A stretch of DNA of 20,638 bases from Candidatus Fraserbacteria bacterium (GCA_037443265.1 JBBIOR010000022.1:7415-28052); one strand, 5' to 3'. Positions 1 through 8,208 are shown, numbered from the stretch's first letter. Program-made: numbers and translations. Notes: a model not told the origin generated them from the letters alone.

Positions 1-92
1 CTGTGCCCACCCACGAGGAAGTCTTGGAGGTGACGAAGCAGCGCGAGCAGGATCTAGCGAAGTTGATCCGTGTGCTGCTATCCCTGCTGTAG
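1..92 (+). CDS. 3' end (partial) of a probable purine-nucleoside phosphorylase
   Basis: Frame from base 3 reads VPTHEEVLEVTKQREQDLAKLIRVLLSLL then TAG at 90-92. (T/S)HEEVL followed by an amphipathic helix is typical of the trimeric PNP C-terminus. Not in the ORF track. Confidence 0.55.
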   Translation, partial: VPTHEEVLEVTKQREQDLAKLIRVLLSLL

Positions 93-533
93 ATTCGATA
101 CCTGCCTCTCCCATTCCTCTTTAAAGGCGGGAAAGAAGCGCCCCATGCTGCGAGCCATCGCCTCACCTTGGGCGTTCTCAATCCGGGCCTCCACCGTCAA
201 CAATCGCCCGCGCTCAATCACCTTGGCCGCAAGAAATAGCCTCTCACCTGGGCGCACGGGCTTGAGGAATTTTGTGGTCAACTCGCGCGTCACGCAGAAG
301 CTTTGCGCGCTCAAAGAAGCCGCCCAGATCGAGACCTCATCGAGGAGGCTGGCCAAGATCCCACCATGCACGATATCGGGATAGCCCGCATGCTCCGCCT
401 GTGGCATGAATTCCGCCTTCACCTCGCCGTCTTCCGCGTATGATCGCAGTTGCAAAGATCGGGGGTTCACAGCGGGATCGCCGCAGACAAAGCAGCCTTC
501 GTATCGGGGAAGCTCCCTGCGCGTGCTCATCAC
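78..533 (-). CDS. PaaI-family (hotdog-fold) thioesterase
   Basis: N-terminal CFVCG..NP motif, HAGYPDIVHGGILASLLDE catalytic motif and T.EL..KFLKPVRPG. Start is GTG 533 or ATG 530. Confidence 0.88.
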   Translation of the reverse strand: MMSTRRELPRYEGCFVCGDPAVNPRSLQLRSYAEDGEVKAEFMPQAEHAGYPDIVHGGILASLLDEVSIWAASLSAQSFCVTRELTTKFLKPVRPGERLFLAAKVIERGRLLTVEARIENAQGEAMARSMGRFFPAFKEEWERQVSNLQQG

Positions 534-540
534 GAGCGTA

Positions 541-570
541 AGCCTAGCAGCCAGGGTCTACTTCGTGCAA
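541..570 (-). promoter_or_regulatory. sigma70-type promoter of the thioesterase gene (probably leaderless transcript)
   Basis: Minus strand TTGCAC(570-565)-N18-TAGGCT(546-541) with extended TGn, 7 nt before GTG 533. No SD. Confidence 0.5.
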
Positions 571-606
571 GAGCGACCCAACGTCATGCACAGCTCACGA
601 GCAAGC

Positions 607-635
607 TTGAAAGACCCTGGATCATCCACTATGAT
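607..635 (+). promoter_or_regulatory. sigma70-type promoter of the PDZ/ABC operon
   Basis: TTGAAA(607-612)-N17-TATGAT(630-635). SD GAGGAGG lies before ATG 681. Confidence 0.65.
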
Positions 636-680
636 GGTTTGCCTTGAGTGCAGAGGTCATCCGCGTGAGGAGGTCTTCCC

Positions 681-1727
681 ATGAGCAGGAGAAAGTATGC
701 CCTAGGTATCCTGGCCTTGATGGTGTTTTTCAGTGTGCGCTCAGAGCAGCTGCTCGACAGCGGCCGGTTCTTCTTCCAGATCGAAGGAGATGTGGGCGTC
801 GAGGGCTTTCAATGGGCAAGACTCGATGATGGAAACCTGAAGCTCACCTCAGAATTTCAGGCGCTCTCTGAGACTCTCGTGCTGGATTTTGGCACGGACA
901 AGCTCTTCACGCAAGAGATCGTGCTCACGCCTGAGCTTAAGCTCGTCTCGTATCTTTTAGACTCAGACACCGAGCGGGGGAAGTTCCACGTGGAGGTCAA
1001 AGTGGAGGACTCCGTGGCGACGATTGAGTTTGAGGTCGAGCGTCAGGGCGGCGACAAAGAGCAAGGCCAGCGCGATGTGATTCTAGAAGACAACGTGCTC
1101 ACCACGGGGATCGCCGCCAGCCAGTTCTTCTTGATGCAGAAATTTATCGACGAGCGTCTTGATCTGGAGAAAGAGCCAGAGATCACCCTCACGGCCTTCG
1201 ATCCTACGGACATTAACGAGCCGCTGGTGGAGCTGGTCATCAAGCGCTTAAATCCCGTTCTCCTTGAAGACAGCGCGACCAAGCAACAGTTCAAAGCCCG
1301 TCGGGTGGAAGTCCGCCAGGAGGAGTTTCGCGCCGAGCTGCTCTCGTGTGCTGAAGCGCTCGGCCCTTGTCAGGAAGCGGGCAAATTTTTGGGGTTCGTC
1401 TCGAGCACGGCCACGCTGGCTGGAGTGAAGCTCAAGGACGCCCCCGGCGGAGTGCTCGTCGAGGAAGTTGCCTCCGGCTCGTTTGCGGAACAAGCCGGAC
1501 TGCGGGCTGGGGATCTCATCACCCACGTGGACGGCCAGAGGGTGGATGATCGCTTCGAGCTTAGAAGCCTCCTCCAATTCAAAGATCCCACGTCTCTGGT
1601 GACGTTGACGATCCAGCGGGGTGGACAGATTCTGGAGCTTGAGGTGCGCTTGAGCGGCTCGCGGCTTCTGGTCTACCGCTTTGATCTCTTCCCCGCTGGA
1701 TTTGCCATCCTAGGGGAGGCGAAGTAA
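681..1727 (+). CDS. exported/membrane-anchored protein with beta-rich N-terminal region and PDZ domain
   Basis: Basic plus hydrophobic N-terminus (MSRRKYALGILALMVFFSV). PDZ signature GVLVEEVASGSFAEQAGLRAGDLITHVDG..V near the C-terminus. Strong SD. Confidence 0.8.
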   Translation: MSRRKYALGILALMVFFSVRSEQLLDSGRFFFQIEGDVGVEGFQWARLDDGNLKLTSEFQALSETLVLDFGTDKLFTQEIVLTPELKLVSYLLDSDTERGKFHVEVKVEDSVATIEFEVERQGGDKEQGQRDVILEDNVLTTGIAASQFFLMQKFIDERLDLEKEPEITLTAFDPTDINEPLVELVIKRLNPVLLEDSATKQQFKARRVEVRQEEFRAELLSCAEALGPCQEAGKFLGFVSSTATLAGVKLKDAPGGVLVEEVASGSFAEQAGLRAGDLITHVDGQRVDDRFELRSLLQFKDPTSLVTLTIQRGGQILELEVRLSGSRLLVYRFDLFPAGFAILGEAK

Positions 1728-1733
1728 CTGGCG

Positions 1734-2432
1734 ATGATCGTGCAAGCCGAGAAGCTGGTGAAGATCTATCGCATGGGCCAAGTCGACGTAAAGGCCCTGG
1801 ACGGCGTGAGTCTTTCCATCCGCGAGGGGGAGTTCGTCGCCATCATGGGGCCTTCGGGCTCGGGCAAGAGCACCTTAATGAACCTCATCGGCTGCTTGGA
1901 CAAGCCCACCTCAGGGCGCTTGATGATTGACGGTGCAGAGATCTCGAGGATGCGCGATCGCCAGCTGGCGCGCCTCCGGGGTGAGATGATCGGCTTCGTC
2001 TTCCAGACGTTCAATCTCATCCCGCGTGTGAGCGCTCTGGCCAACGTGATGCTACCTATGAGTTTCGTAAGAACGACTCCAAAATCTGCACGAAAGAGAC
2101 GCGCCGTGGAGCTCCTGGAACAAGTGGGCTTAGGCCATCGAGTCCATCACATGCCCAATGAGCTTTCAGGTGGTGAGCGCCAGCGGGTGGCCATCGCCCG
2201 GGCGCTGGCCAACGATCCGAAGATCATTCTGGCCGACGAGCCTACGGGCAACCTCGACACCAAGACGGGCAGGGCGATCCTGGAGCTCTTTCAAGCATTG
2301 AACAAGCAGGGGCGCACCATCGTCATCGTCACCCACGATGCCCATGTGGCCTCTTACGCGGAACGCATCATTCAGCTGGTGGATGGTCAGATTGAGGGCA
2401 TTCGGGAGGTGGCCCCCCGTGGAGTTGCCTGA
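1734..2432 (+). CDS. ABC transporter ATP-binding protein, LolD/MacB (type VII) family
   Basis: Walker [11 protein letters not shown]-loop GFVFQTFNL, signature LSGGERQR, Walker [13 protein letters not shown] and H-loop VTHD. Confidence 0.95.
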   Translation: MIVQAEKLVKIYRMGQVDVKALDGVSLSIREGEFVAIMGPSGSGKSTLMNLIGCLDKPTSGRLMIDGAEISRMRDRQLARLRGEMIGFVFQTFNLIPRVSALANVMLPMSFVRTTPKSARKRRAVELLEQVGLGHRVHHMPNELSGGERQRVAIARALANDPKIILADEPTGNLDTKTGRAILELFQALNKQGRTIVIVTHDAHVASYAERIIQLVDGQIEGIREVAPRGVA

Positions 2433-3741
2433 GGCCTTGAGGCTGAGCTGGACGAACATCCAGAGCCACAAATTGAGAAATTCTCTGGCGGTGCTGAGCG
2501 TCACCATTGGCATCGCCGCCGTCATTGCCGTGGTGACCATGAGCATGGGCTTCCAGGATGCGTTGCTGAGCACCCTGACGAAAGATTTTCTGCGAGCCAA
2601 CATGATCACCGTCACAGTGAAGGGCAGCCAGAGTCTCTTTGGAACGGAGCGCGTCTTCTCCGAGCGGGACGTGGAGCGCGTGCGCCAGATGCCCGGGGTC
2701 AAAGCCGCCGATGTCTTCGCGCCAGTCAACGGCAACCCCCTCAAATACGAGGGTCGGGTGCTGCCAGGCAACGTGCGGATCACCACCAGCCAAGAGATCA
2801 TTCCCTTGGATGCCGGGCGCTTTGTGCGCGGGCCTGGCGAGGTCGTCCTGGGCGTCGATCCCGCCAAGACGGTCTGCGAGCGGCTGCTGGCTCGTGAACA
2901 GCCTGAGACACAAAAGAAGCATGAGATCAAGGCCCGCTGCGAGCATCCCGGGCGCACCCCTGAGATCGCCCAAAAGCTCCTCGGCCAGAGCGTCGAACTC
3001 AAGTACCTCGATCGGGAGAAGAGAGTCCACACGGAATCGCTTTTGATCGTGGGCGTTGTAAAAGAATCCGAGTTTATAAGCGGCGGAAACTCCTACGTCA
3101 GCGTCGATTATCAGGGCTTTACGGAGACGATCGAAGGCCAGGAGGTCCCTGTCTACACGGGCGTCATCGTCAGCGCCTCCGACATCCAACAGATCGAGAC
3201 TGTCGCACAACAGCTCAAAGAGTATTTCGACAGCTATGAATCGGATGCCCGCAAGCTGCTGGGCGACGAGAAGGAGATTGAGGTCAACACGCTCAAGGAG
3301 ATTGTGGACGAGATCAAGAAGAATTTCGCGCAGTTCACGGCGTGGATCGGGGCTGTGGCCGTGGTTGCCTTGCTCGTGGGCATGATCGGAGTGATGAACA
3401 TCATGCTCATCACCGTCAAGGAGCGCACGCGCGAGATCGGCCTGATGAAAGCTACAGGGGCCACGCAAGGCGGCGTGCTCAAGCTCTTCTTGACGGAATC
3501 GATCTTCATCTGCCTGATTGGGGCCCTGCTGGGCATTGCGGCTGGCATCGGGCTGGCGGAGCTCTTCAATCGTCTCACCGTGGCGCTCTTTGATCTTTCG
3601 GAGCCGATTCCGCTGGTCTTCGTCCTCGACTGGTATGCCATTGCTGTAGTGACGGGCATTCTGGTGGGGATGATCAGCGGGCTCTATCCCGCCTGGCAAG
3701 CGGCGCGGGTCAATCCCATTGAAGCCCTAAGATACGAGTAG
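2419..3741 (+). CDS. ABC transporter permease, MacB/FtsX-like
   Basis: KLRNSLAVLSVTIGIAAVI first TM, a large extracytoplasmic domain, GVMNIMLITVKERTREIGLMKATGA, and C-terminal GLYPAWQAARVNPIEALRYE. Start moved from 2338 to GTG 2419, which follows GGAGGT at 2405-2410 and overlaps the ATPase stop. Confidence 0.92.
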   Translation: MELPEALRLSWTNIQSHKLRNSLAVLSVTIGIAAVIAVVTMSMGFQDALLSTLTKDFLRANMITVTVKGSQSLFGTERVFSERDVERVRQMPGVKAADVFAPVNGNPLKYEGRVLPGNVRITTSQEIIPLDAGRFVRGPGEVVLGVDPAKTVCERLLAREQPETQKKHEIKARCEHPGRTPEIAQKLLGQSVELKYLDREKRVHTESLLIVGVVKESEFISGGNSYVSVDYQGFTETIEGQEVPVYTGVIVSASDIQQIETVAQQLKEYFDSYESDARKLLGDEKEIEVNTLKEIVDEIKKNFAQFTAWIGAVAVVALLVGMIGVMNIMLITVKERTREIGLMKATGATQGGVLKLFLTESIFICLIGALLGIAAGIGLAELFNRLTVALFDLSEPIPLVFVLDWYAIAVVTGILVGMISGLYPAWQAARVNPIEALRYE

Positions 3742-3747
3742 CATAAT
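3719..3747 (+). promoter_or_regulatory. candidate internal promoter for the radical SAM gene
   Basis: TTGAAG(3719-3724)-N17-CATAAT(3742-3747), overlapping the permease 3' end. Confidence 0.45.
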
Positions 3748-3765
3748 AGAGTCCGGGGTGAGAGC

Positions 3766-4821
3766 ATGACCCCGGCTACGAACCTCCGAGCCCTATTAGA
3801 CTCGCTCACCCGCCAGGGCGAGCTGTATGAGAAGCTGCCCGACGGAAAAGTTCGCTGTTATGCCTGTGACCATCGCTGCGTGATCTTTCCCGATAAGCGC
3901 GGGATTTGCCAAGTGCGCTTCAATCAAAATGGGGTTTTGTATGTCCCACACGGCTATGTCGGAGCCCTGCAATGTGATCCCATTGAGAAGAAGCCCTTCT
4001 TTCATGTGCGGCCCGGCTCGCGGGCCTTGACGTTTGGGATGCTGGGATGCAATCTGCATTGTCCATACTGCCAGAATTGGATTACCTCGCAAACTCTACG
4101 TGACAAGAACGCCGGAGCCCCCCCCTTAGAGATCAGCGCCGAAGAACTCGTCGCGCTCGCCAAGACATATAACGCCCGTATGGTAGCCAGCTCCTACAAC
4201 GAGCCCCTGATTACCAGCGAGTGGGCCGTGGATGTCTTCAAATCAGCAAAGCAGCAGGGTTTTCTGACGGGTTTCATCTCCAACGGGCACGCCACGCGCG
4301 AGGTCTTAGAATATCTTTGCCCTCACCTCGACTGCTACAAGATCGATCTTAAGACGATGCGGGATAAGAACTATCGCGTGCTGGGAGCCGTGCTGAAAAA
4401 CGTGCTCGATGGGATCGCGATGGTGCATGAGATGGGCTTCTGGCTGGAGGTTGTGACACTCGTGATTCCGGGCTTCAATGACTCTGATGAGGAATTGAGG
4501 GAGGCCGCCAAGTTCATCGCGGGCCTCTCGCCCGAGATCCCCTGGCATGTGACGGCCTTCCACAAAGACTACAAGATGACAGATCCTGAGAATACGCCAG
4601 CCGGGACGCTCATTCGAGCGGCTGAAATTGGATACGAAGCCGGGCTGCACTTCGTCTACACGGGCAATCTTCCCGGGCAGACGGGGCGCTATGAGAACAC
4701 GTATTGTCCCGGCTGCGGAGTGCTTCTCATCGAACGCTATGGCTTCTTCGTCCAGCAAAATCGCCTAAAAGACGGCAAATGCCCCGACTGTGGGCAGGAG
4801 ATTCCGGGGATCTGGAACTAG
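3766..4821 (+). CDS. amrS: AmmeMemoRadiSam system radical SAM enzyme (PFL-activase-like)
   Basis: N-terminal CYACDHRC..GIC, DPIEKKPFFH, CxxxCxxC (GCNLHCPYCQNW), SYNEP, WLEVVTLVIPG.NDS, PWHVTAFH.DYKM and C-terminal CPGC/CPDC. Confidence 0.9.
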   Translation: MTPATNLRALLDSLTRQGELYEKLPDGKVRCYACDHRCVIFPDKRGICQVRFNQNGVLYVPHGYVGALQCDPIEKKPFFHVRPGSRALTFGMLGCNLHCPYCQNWITSQTLRDKNAGAPPLEISAEELVALAKTYNARMVASSYNEPLITSEWAVDVFKSAKQQGFLTGFISNGHATREVLEYLCPHLDCYKIDLKTMRDKNYRVLGAVLKNVLDGIAMVHEMGFWLEVVTLVIPGFNDSDEELREAAKFIAGLSPEIPWHVTAFHKDYKMTDPENTPAGTLIRAAEIGYEAGLHFVYTGNLPGQTGRYENTYCPGCGVLLIERYGFFVQQNRLKDGKCPDCGQEIPGIWN

Positions 4822-5171
4822 CTGCTCTTTCTAGAGCGACATGTCTCGCAGAGGCAGATCTTGCGCAGATACTCGTATGGGTAATATCCCGTCTGATGGC
4901 CGTCGCTCCAGACGAACTGGACAGCATATCTGCCCACCGGGTTCACAGCCAGAGCTCGAATATTCTGCAGGCGCTCCGCGGGCAGGATGGGAAGACCCTG
5001 CTCGTCTTTTTGGGGCCAGGCTTTGCAGCGTGCGCAGGGGCAAGCTCTGCGCAAATATGCTAGAGAGTAGACGCTCTGGTGGCCGTCATCCCAAGAGATG
5101 CCCAGCTCCCAGTCGCTCACCCACTGGAGGGTCGCACGCAGGCTGTTTCTGGGAAGAAAAGGGCGTGCCAT
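4818..5171 (-). CDS. DUF971 / gamma-butyrobetaine hydroxylase N-terminal-like Zn-binding protein
   Basis: [10 protein letters not shown]...[11 protein letters not shown] and [23 protein letters not shown]. Confidence 0.88.
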   Translation of the reverse strand: MARPFLPRNSLRATLQWVSDWELGISWDDGHQSVYSLAYLRRACPCARCKAWPQKDEQGLPILPAERLQNIRALAVNPVGRYAVQFVWSDGHQTGYYPYEYLRKICLCETCRSRKSS

Positions 5172-5180
5172 GCTGAAGCC

Positions 5181-5255
5181 TGGTGGGCGAACGAGGATTT
5201 GAACCTCGGACCTCCCCCGTGTGAGGGGGGCGCTCTGCCACTGAGCTATTCGCCC
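5181..5255 (-). tRNA. tRNA-Val (anticodon CAC), CCA encoded
   Basis: Minus strand GGGCGAATAGCTCAGTGGCAGAGCGCCCCCCTCACACGGGGGAGGTCCGAGGTTCAAATCCTCGTTCGCCCACCA. 7-bp acceptor stem, D arm, CCCCC/GGGGG anticodon stem with loop CTCACAC, T-loop TTCAAAT. Confidence 0.97.
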
Positions 5256-5267
5256 ACTGCGCGAGCT

Positions 5268-5296
5268 ATCTTAGCCGATACCCCCTAGGACTTCAA
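5268..5296 (-). promoter_or_regulatory. sigma70-type promoter of tRNA-Val
   Basis: Minus strand TTGAAG(5296-5291)-N17-TAAGAT(5273-5268), 12 nt upstream of the mature tRNA 5' end. Confidence 0.65.
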
Positions 5297-6555
5297 GCCT
5301 CCTCGCCGTTCTCACTCAGCATCTCCGCCAGGCTCTCCCCCTCGCGCTTGCGAGTGATCTCAACTAAGCCCAGCGCCGTCATGTCAATGAAATCGGCCGG
5401 CACTCGGTCCTTCTTGAGTTCCTCCTGCAGGCACTCGATCACTCGACGGATATCGTCCTTCCGCTTCATGTCGATGAAATCCACCACGATGATCCCACTG
5501 ATCTTGCGGAGTCTGAGCTGTCTTGGGATCTCCACAGCCGCTTCGAGATTCGTATTGAGGATGGCCTGATCCTGATGTCGGTGGCGGATGTCGCTGCCGG
5601 TATTGACGTCAATGGCCGTAAGGGCCTCCGTCTCGGCAATGATGAGCGATCCTCCTCCGGGCAACGGCACCTTCGGCTGGAGGCTCTCTCGAAGCTGGGC
5701 CTCGATCCCACGGATCTCAAAGAGCGGCTCCCAATCCCGATAGAGCTCAAGTCGATCCAGATATTCTTCCATGTGTAAGTATTTCAGATACTCTTCCAGC
5801 TCTTGGTAGACCGGCTCGGCATCGACTACGACGCGGCGCACATCGGGCATGAGTCTATCCCGAATGATGCTCTTGATCACCCCTGGCCCTCGGTAGAGGA
5901 GCTTGGGAGCCGAGACCCGCTTGGCCTTCTCCTCAATGCCCTTCCAGATTCCGACTAGATAATTGAAGTCCCGCTCCAGATCTTCTTCGCTGGCTTCGAG
6001 CGCGGCTGTGCGGGCAATCAAGCCTTCACAGCCGTCGCCTCGTTTGAGCAGCCCTCGAGCCACGCTCTTTAGTCGCTGAGACTCTTTGGGATCCTCGATA
6101 CGCCGCGAGACTCCGAGCCGCTCGTCCTTGGGCAGATAGACCCAGTAGCGCCCGGCCAAGCTGATGCGCATCGTCCCTTGAGGGTTCTTCTCGCCGATCC
6201 CTTCGCGCTTCACCTGAACGATCAGCTGCTGCCCCCCCTTGAGAATCTTGCCCATAGAGAAGGTACTTCCACGCCGATAGTCCTTGCTGCGCAAGAGGGC
6301 ATCGTTGAGCTCCTTCGCCGGCAAGAAGAGGTTCTCTGCCTCCCCCACATCGACGAAGGCCGCGCTGATCCCATTGAGCACGTCCCTCACGACCCCCTTA
6401 TAAATATGGCCCACCAGACGAACGCGCTTGGGGTCTTCGTAATAGATCTCCATCAGTCGCCCCTCTTCGAGTAGGGCCACCCGCTTGACCCAAGAGCGCG
6501 CTTCAATTAAGATCTCTTTGTCAGTGCCAGTCTTTTGCGCTGATCTCTTCGCAAT
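5293..6555 (-). CDS. rng: Rne/Rng-family ribonuclease (RNase G-like); start uncertain (ATT 6555 proposed, ORF track GTG 6480)
   Basis: VG.IYKG.V S1 domain, SLAGRY.VY.P, TEALTAIDVNTG, NLEAA.EI.RQLRLR.ISGII.VDFIDM and LGLVEITRKR. The conserved N-terminal KEILI strand lies upstream of 6480 in frame. Confidence 0.92.
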   Translation of the reverse strand: MAKRSAQKTGTDKEILIEARSWVKRVALLEEGRLMEIYYEDPKRVRLVGHIYKGVVRDVLNGISAAFVDVGEAENLFLPAKELNDALLRSKDYRRGSTFSMGKILKGGQQLIVQVKREGIGEKNPQGTMRISLAGRYWVYLPKDERLGVSRRIEDPKESQRLKSVARGLLKRGDGCEGLIARTAALEASEEDLERDFNYLVGIWKGIEEKAKRVSAPKLLYRGPGVIKSIIRDRLMPDVRRVVVDAEPVYQELEEYLKYLHMEEYLDRLELYRDWEPLFEIRGIEAQLRESLQPKVPLPGGGSLIIAETEALTAIDVNTGSDIRHRHQDQAILNTNLEAAVEIPRQLRLRKISGIIVVDFIDMKRKDDIRRVIECLQEELKKDRVPADFIDMTALGLVEITRKREGESLAEMLSENGEEA

Positions 6556-7034
6556 ACTCTCACTCCTTTCTCCTCCGTAAGCTGCGCCAGCAGCTCTGCC
6601 AGCGACTGCCCCAGCTTGGGGTGAATGACCTCGGGAGCGATCTCCACAAGCGGCACGAGCACGAATCTCCTCCTATGCAGCTCAGGATGAGGAATTTTCA
6701 ATTCAGAGTCTTCTATGATCTGCTCCCCGTATAACAGCAGATCCAGATCGATCTCTCGAGGCCCCCAACGCTCGCGCTTCTTTCGGCCCAGCTGCCGCTC
6801 GATCTCCTTCAAGCGCGCTAAAAGCTTCTGTGCGCTAAGATATGAGCGGATCTCCACCACGGTGTTCAGGAACATGGGCTGATCCTTATAGCCCACGGGC
6901 TCAGTCTCGTAGAGGGAGGCTAGGGCGAGCAGCTCAATCCCCGGGGTTGCCTCTAAGAGCGCAATCGCTCTTTCAATGAAAGACTGACGATCTCCCAGAT
7001 TCGATCCCAATCCCACAAAGACTTGCTCGCTCAT
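6507..7034 (-). CDS. folK: 2-amino-4-hydroxy-6-hydroxymethyldihydropteridine diphosphokinase (HPPK)
   Basis: GLGSNLGDR, SLYETEPVG, FLNTV, WGPREIDLDLL and IPHPELH.R.FVLVPL. ATG 7034 overlaps the folB stop (ATGA). Confidence 0.95.
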   Translation of the reverse strand: MSEQVFVGLGSNLGDRQSFIERAIALLEATPGIELLALASLYETEPVGYKDQPMFLNTVVEIRSYLSAQKLLARLKEIERQLGRKKRERWGPREIDLDLLLYGEQIIEDSELKIPHPELHRRRFVLVPLVEIAPEVIHPKLGQSLAELLAQLTEEKGVRVLRRDQRKRLALTKRS

Positions 7035-7384
7035 GAGCGCGCCTGAACGGCCTCGGCCGCGACCCACTCGACATCCACCCCCGACCAGAGCAATCGCTTG
7101 CGCACCCGAGCCCGCGCCCTGCGAACCTGTGGGAATCTCTCTACCAGAAGCCCAGCGATGGCCTGCGCGAAGCTCTCCAAAAGCTTAAAGCGCTCCCTCT
7201 GGTTCAGTTCCCGAATGGCCTCCATGACGGCCGTGTAGTCCACCGTCTCTGCCAGATCGTCTCGCCCCGAGGCGCGCTCAATCTCCAAGCGAACATCGAT
7301 GAGAAAGAACTGGCCGCGCTCCTGCTCTTCCGGCCGCAGGCCATGATGTCCAAAGAGCTTCAAACCGCGAAACTGAAGGTGCAT
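7031..7384 (-). CDS. folB: dihydroneopterin aldolase
   Basis: GHHG...EE...GQ.F.ID, DDLAETVDY and FKLLE motifs. Directly upstream of folK. Confidence 0.93.
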   Translation of the reverse strand: MHLQFRGLKLFGHHGLRPEEQERGQFFLIDVRLEIERASGRDDLAETVDYTAVMEAIRELNQRERFKLLESFAQAIAGLLVERFPQVRRARARVRKRLLWSGVDVEWVAAEAVQARS

Positions 7385-8161
7385 CTACTTCCGAGCCTCG
7401 CTCCCCACCGCCCACAAGTGCTTCAGCAAACCCAAGCGATAGATCTCGCCCTCGTCGGAGATGGGATATATTTCAAATTCACCCAACTCGGCCTCGTTGA
7501 GCAAGGGAGAAATAGAGCGCTCGCGCGTAAGATCGCTCCCCGGCACCAGGGGGTTGAACGAGGGCTGGACGACAAGCTTTCTGCCCCCATACGGCCCTAC
7601 GAGAAAGCATTTATAGAGCTCGACTCGACCCGTGACGGGATCGCGCAGCCCTACGGCAGGGTGCTCGTGGCCGATGACGATCGTCTGCACGGCCGGCGAG
7701 ATTTGCTTTGGCTCGCTGTGTCCGTGGAGAAAGAAGAGATCGCCCAGCTCGTACTCTGCTTTTATCTTGACGCTCGGGAAGGCCTCCGCCAGGCTATCCG
7801 CCTTCACGTCGTGATTCCCTTGGAGGACGATGACTTCACGGCTGATTTCGCTCATCCGCGTAAGCAGCAGGCGGGCCTCCTTCCATGCTCGAGCACTCAG
7901 ATGGCTGAAGTGATGGCTGAAATCACCATTGATGATGATACGCTCGAGCGTGTGCTCTGCGGGAATGCTCAGTTGAGTGAGGATGCCCTCAAGGCGCGCC
8001 AGAAGTCTCTGAAGATGCCCGCGGGGCACAAGTGCCCCATCTTGATGGAGGGCCTCTTCAAAACCCAAATGCAGATCGGCAATCGCCAGGGTGTTATGGG
8101 CAGGCGCATACAAGGCGAGATCGATTGCTTGCAGTGTATCTCCTAAGCTCAGCGCGTTCAT
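7385..8161 (-). CDS. calcineurin-like metallophosphoesterase (COG1407/PdeM-like, type common in archaea)
   Basis: All metal motifs intact: IADLHLGFE, INGD, GNHD, LHGH and IGHEHPAV. Also KCFL and PSFNPL. Confidence 0.88.
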   Translation of the reverse strand: MNALSLGDTLQAIDLALYAPAHNTLAIADLHLGFEEALHQDGALVPRGHLQRLLARLEGILTQLSIPAEHTLERIIINGDFSHHFSHLSARAWKEARLLLTRMSEISREVIVLQGNHDVKADSLAEAFPSVKIKAEYELGDLFFLHGHSEPKQISPAVQTIVIGHEHPAVGLRDPVTGRVELYKCFLVGPYGGRKLVVQPSFNPLVPGSDLTRERSISPLLNEAELGEFEIYPISDEGEIYRLGLLKHLWAVGSEARK

Positions 8162-8167
8162 CGTTTA

Positions 8168-8208
8168 ATTATACTGACTTGCATCCTCTCAAAGCGACAT
8201 GTAAAGAT
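8168..8208. promoter_or_regulatory. overlapping divergent promoters
   Basis: Minus strand: TATAAT at 8173-8168, 6 nt before ATG 8161. Plus strand: TTGCAT(8179-8184)-N18-(TGt)AAAGAT(8203-8208) ahead of ATG 8229. Confidence 0.5.

Noticed and set aside
2166..3699. Long antisense ORFs (2166-3032, 2368-3699) and similar shadows such as 7343-8146, 9520-10389, 13201-13809 and 14320-14943
   Set aside because: They lie opposite well-supported genes and have no recognisable motifs. Such shadows are expected in GC-rich coding DNA.
5172..5255. tRNA-Val as an integration site
   Set aside because: No duplicated tRNA 3' end or integrase was seen in the window, and the flanking genes are ordinary.
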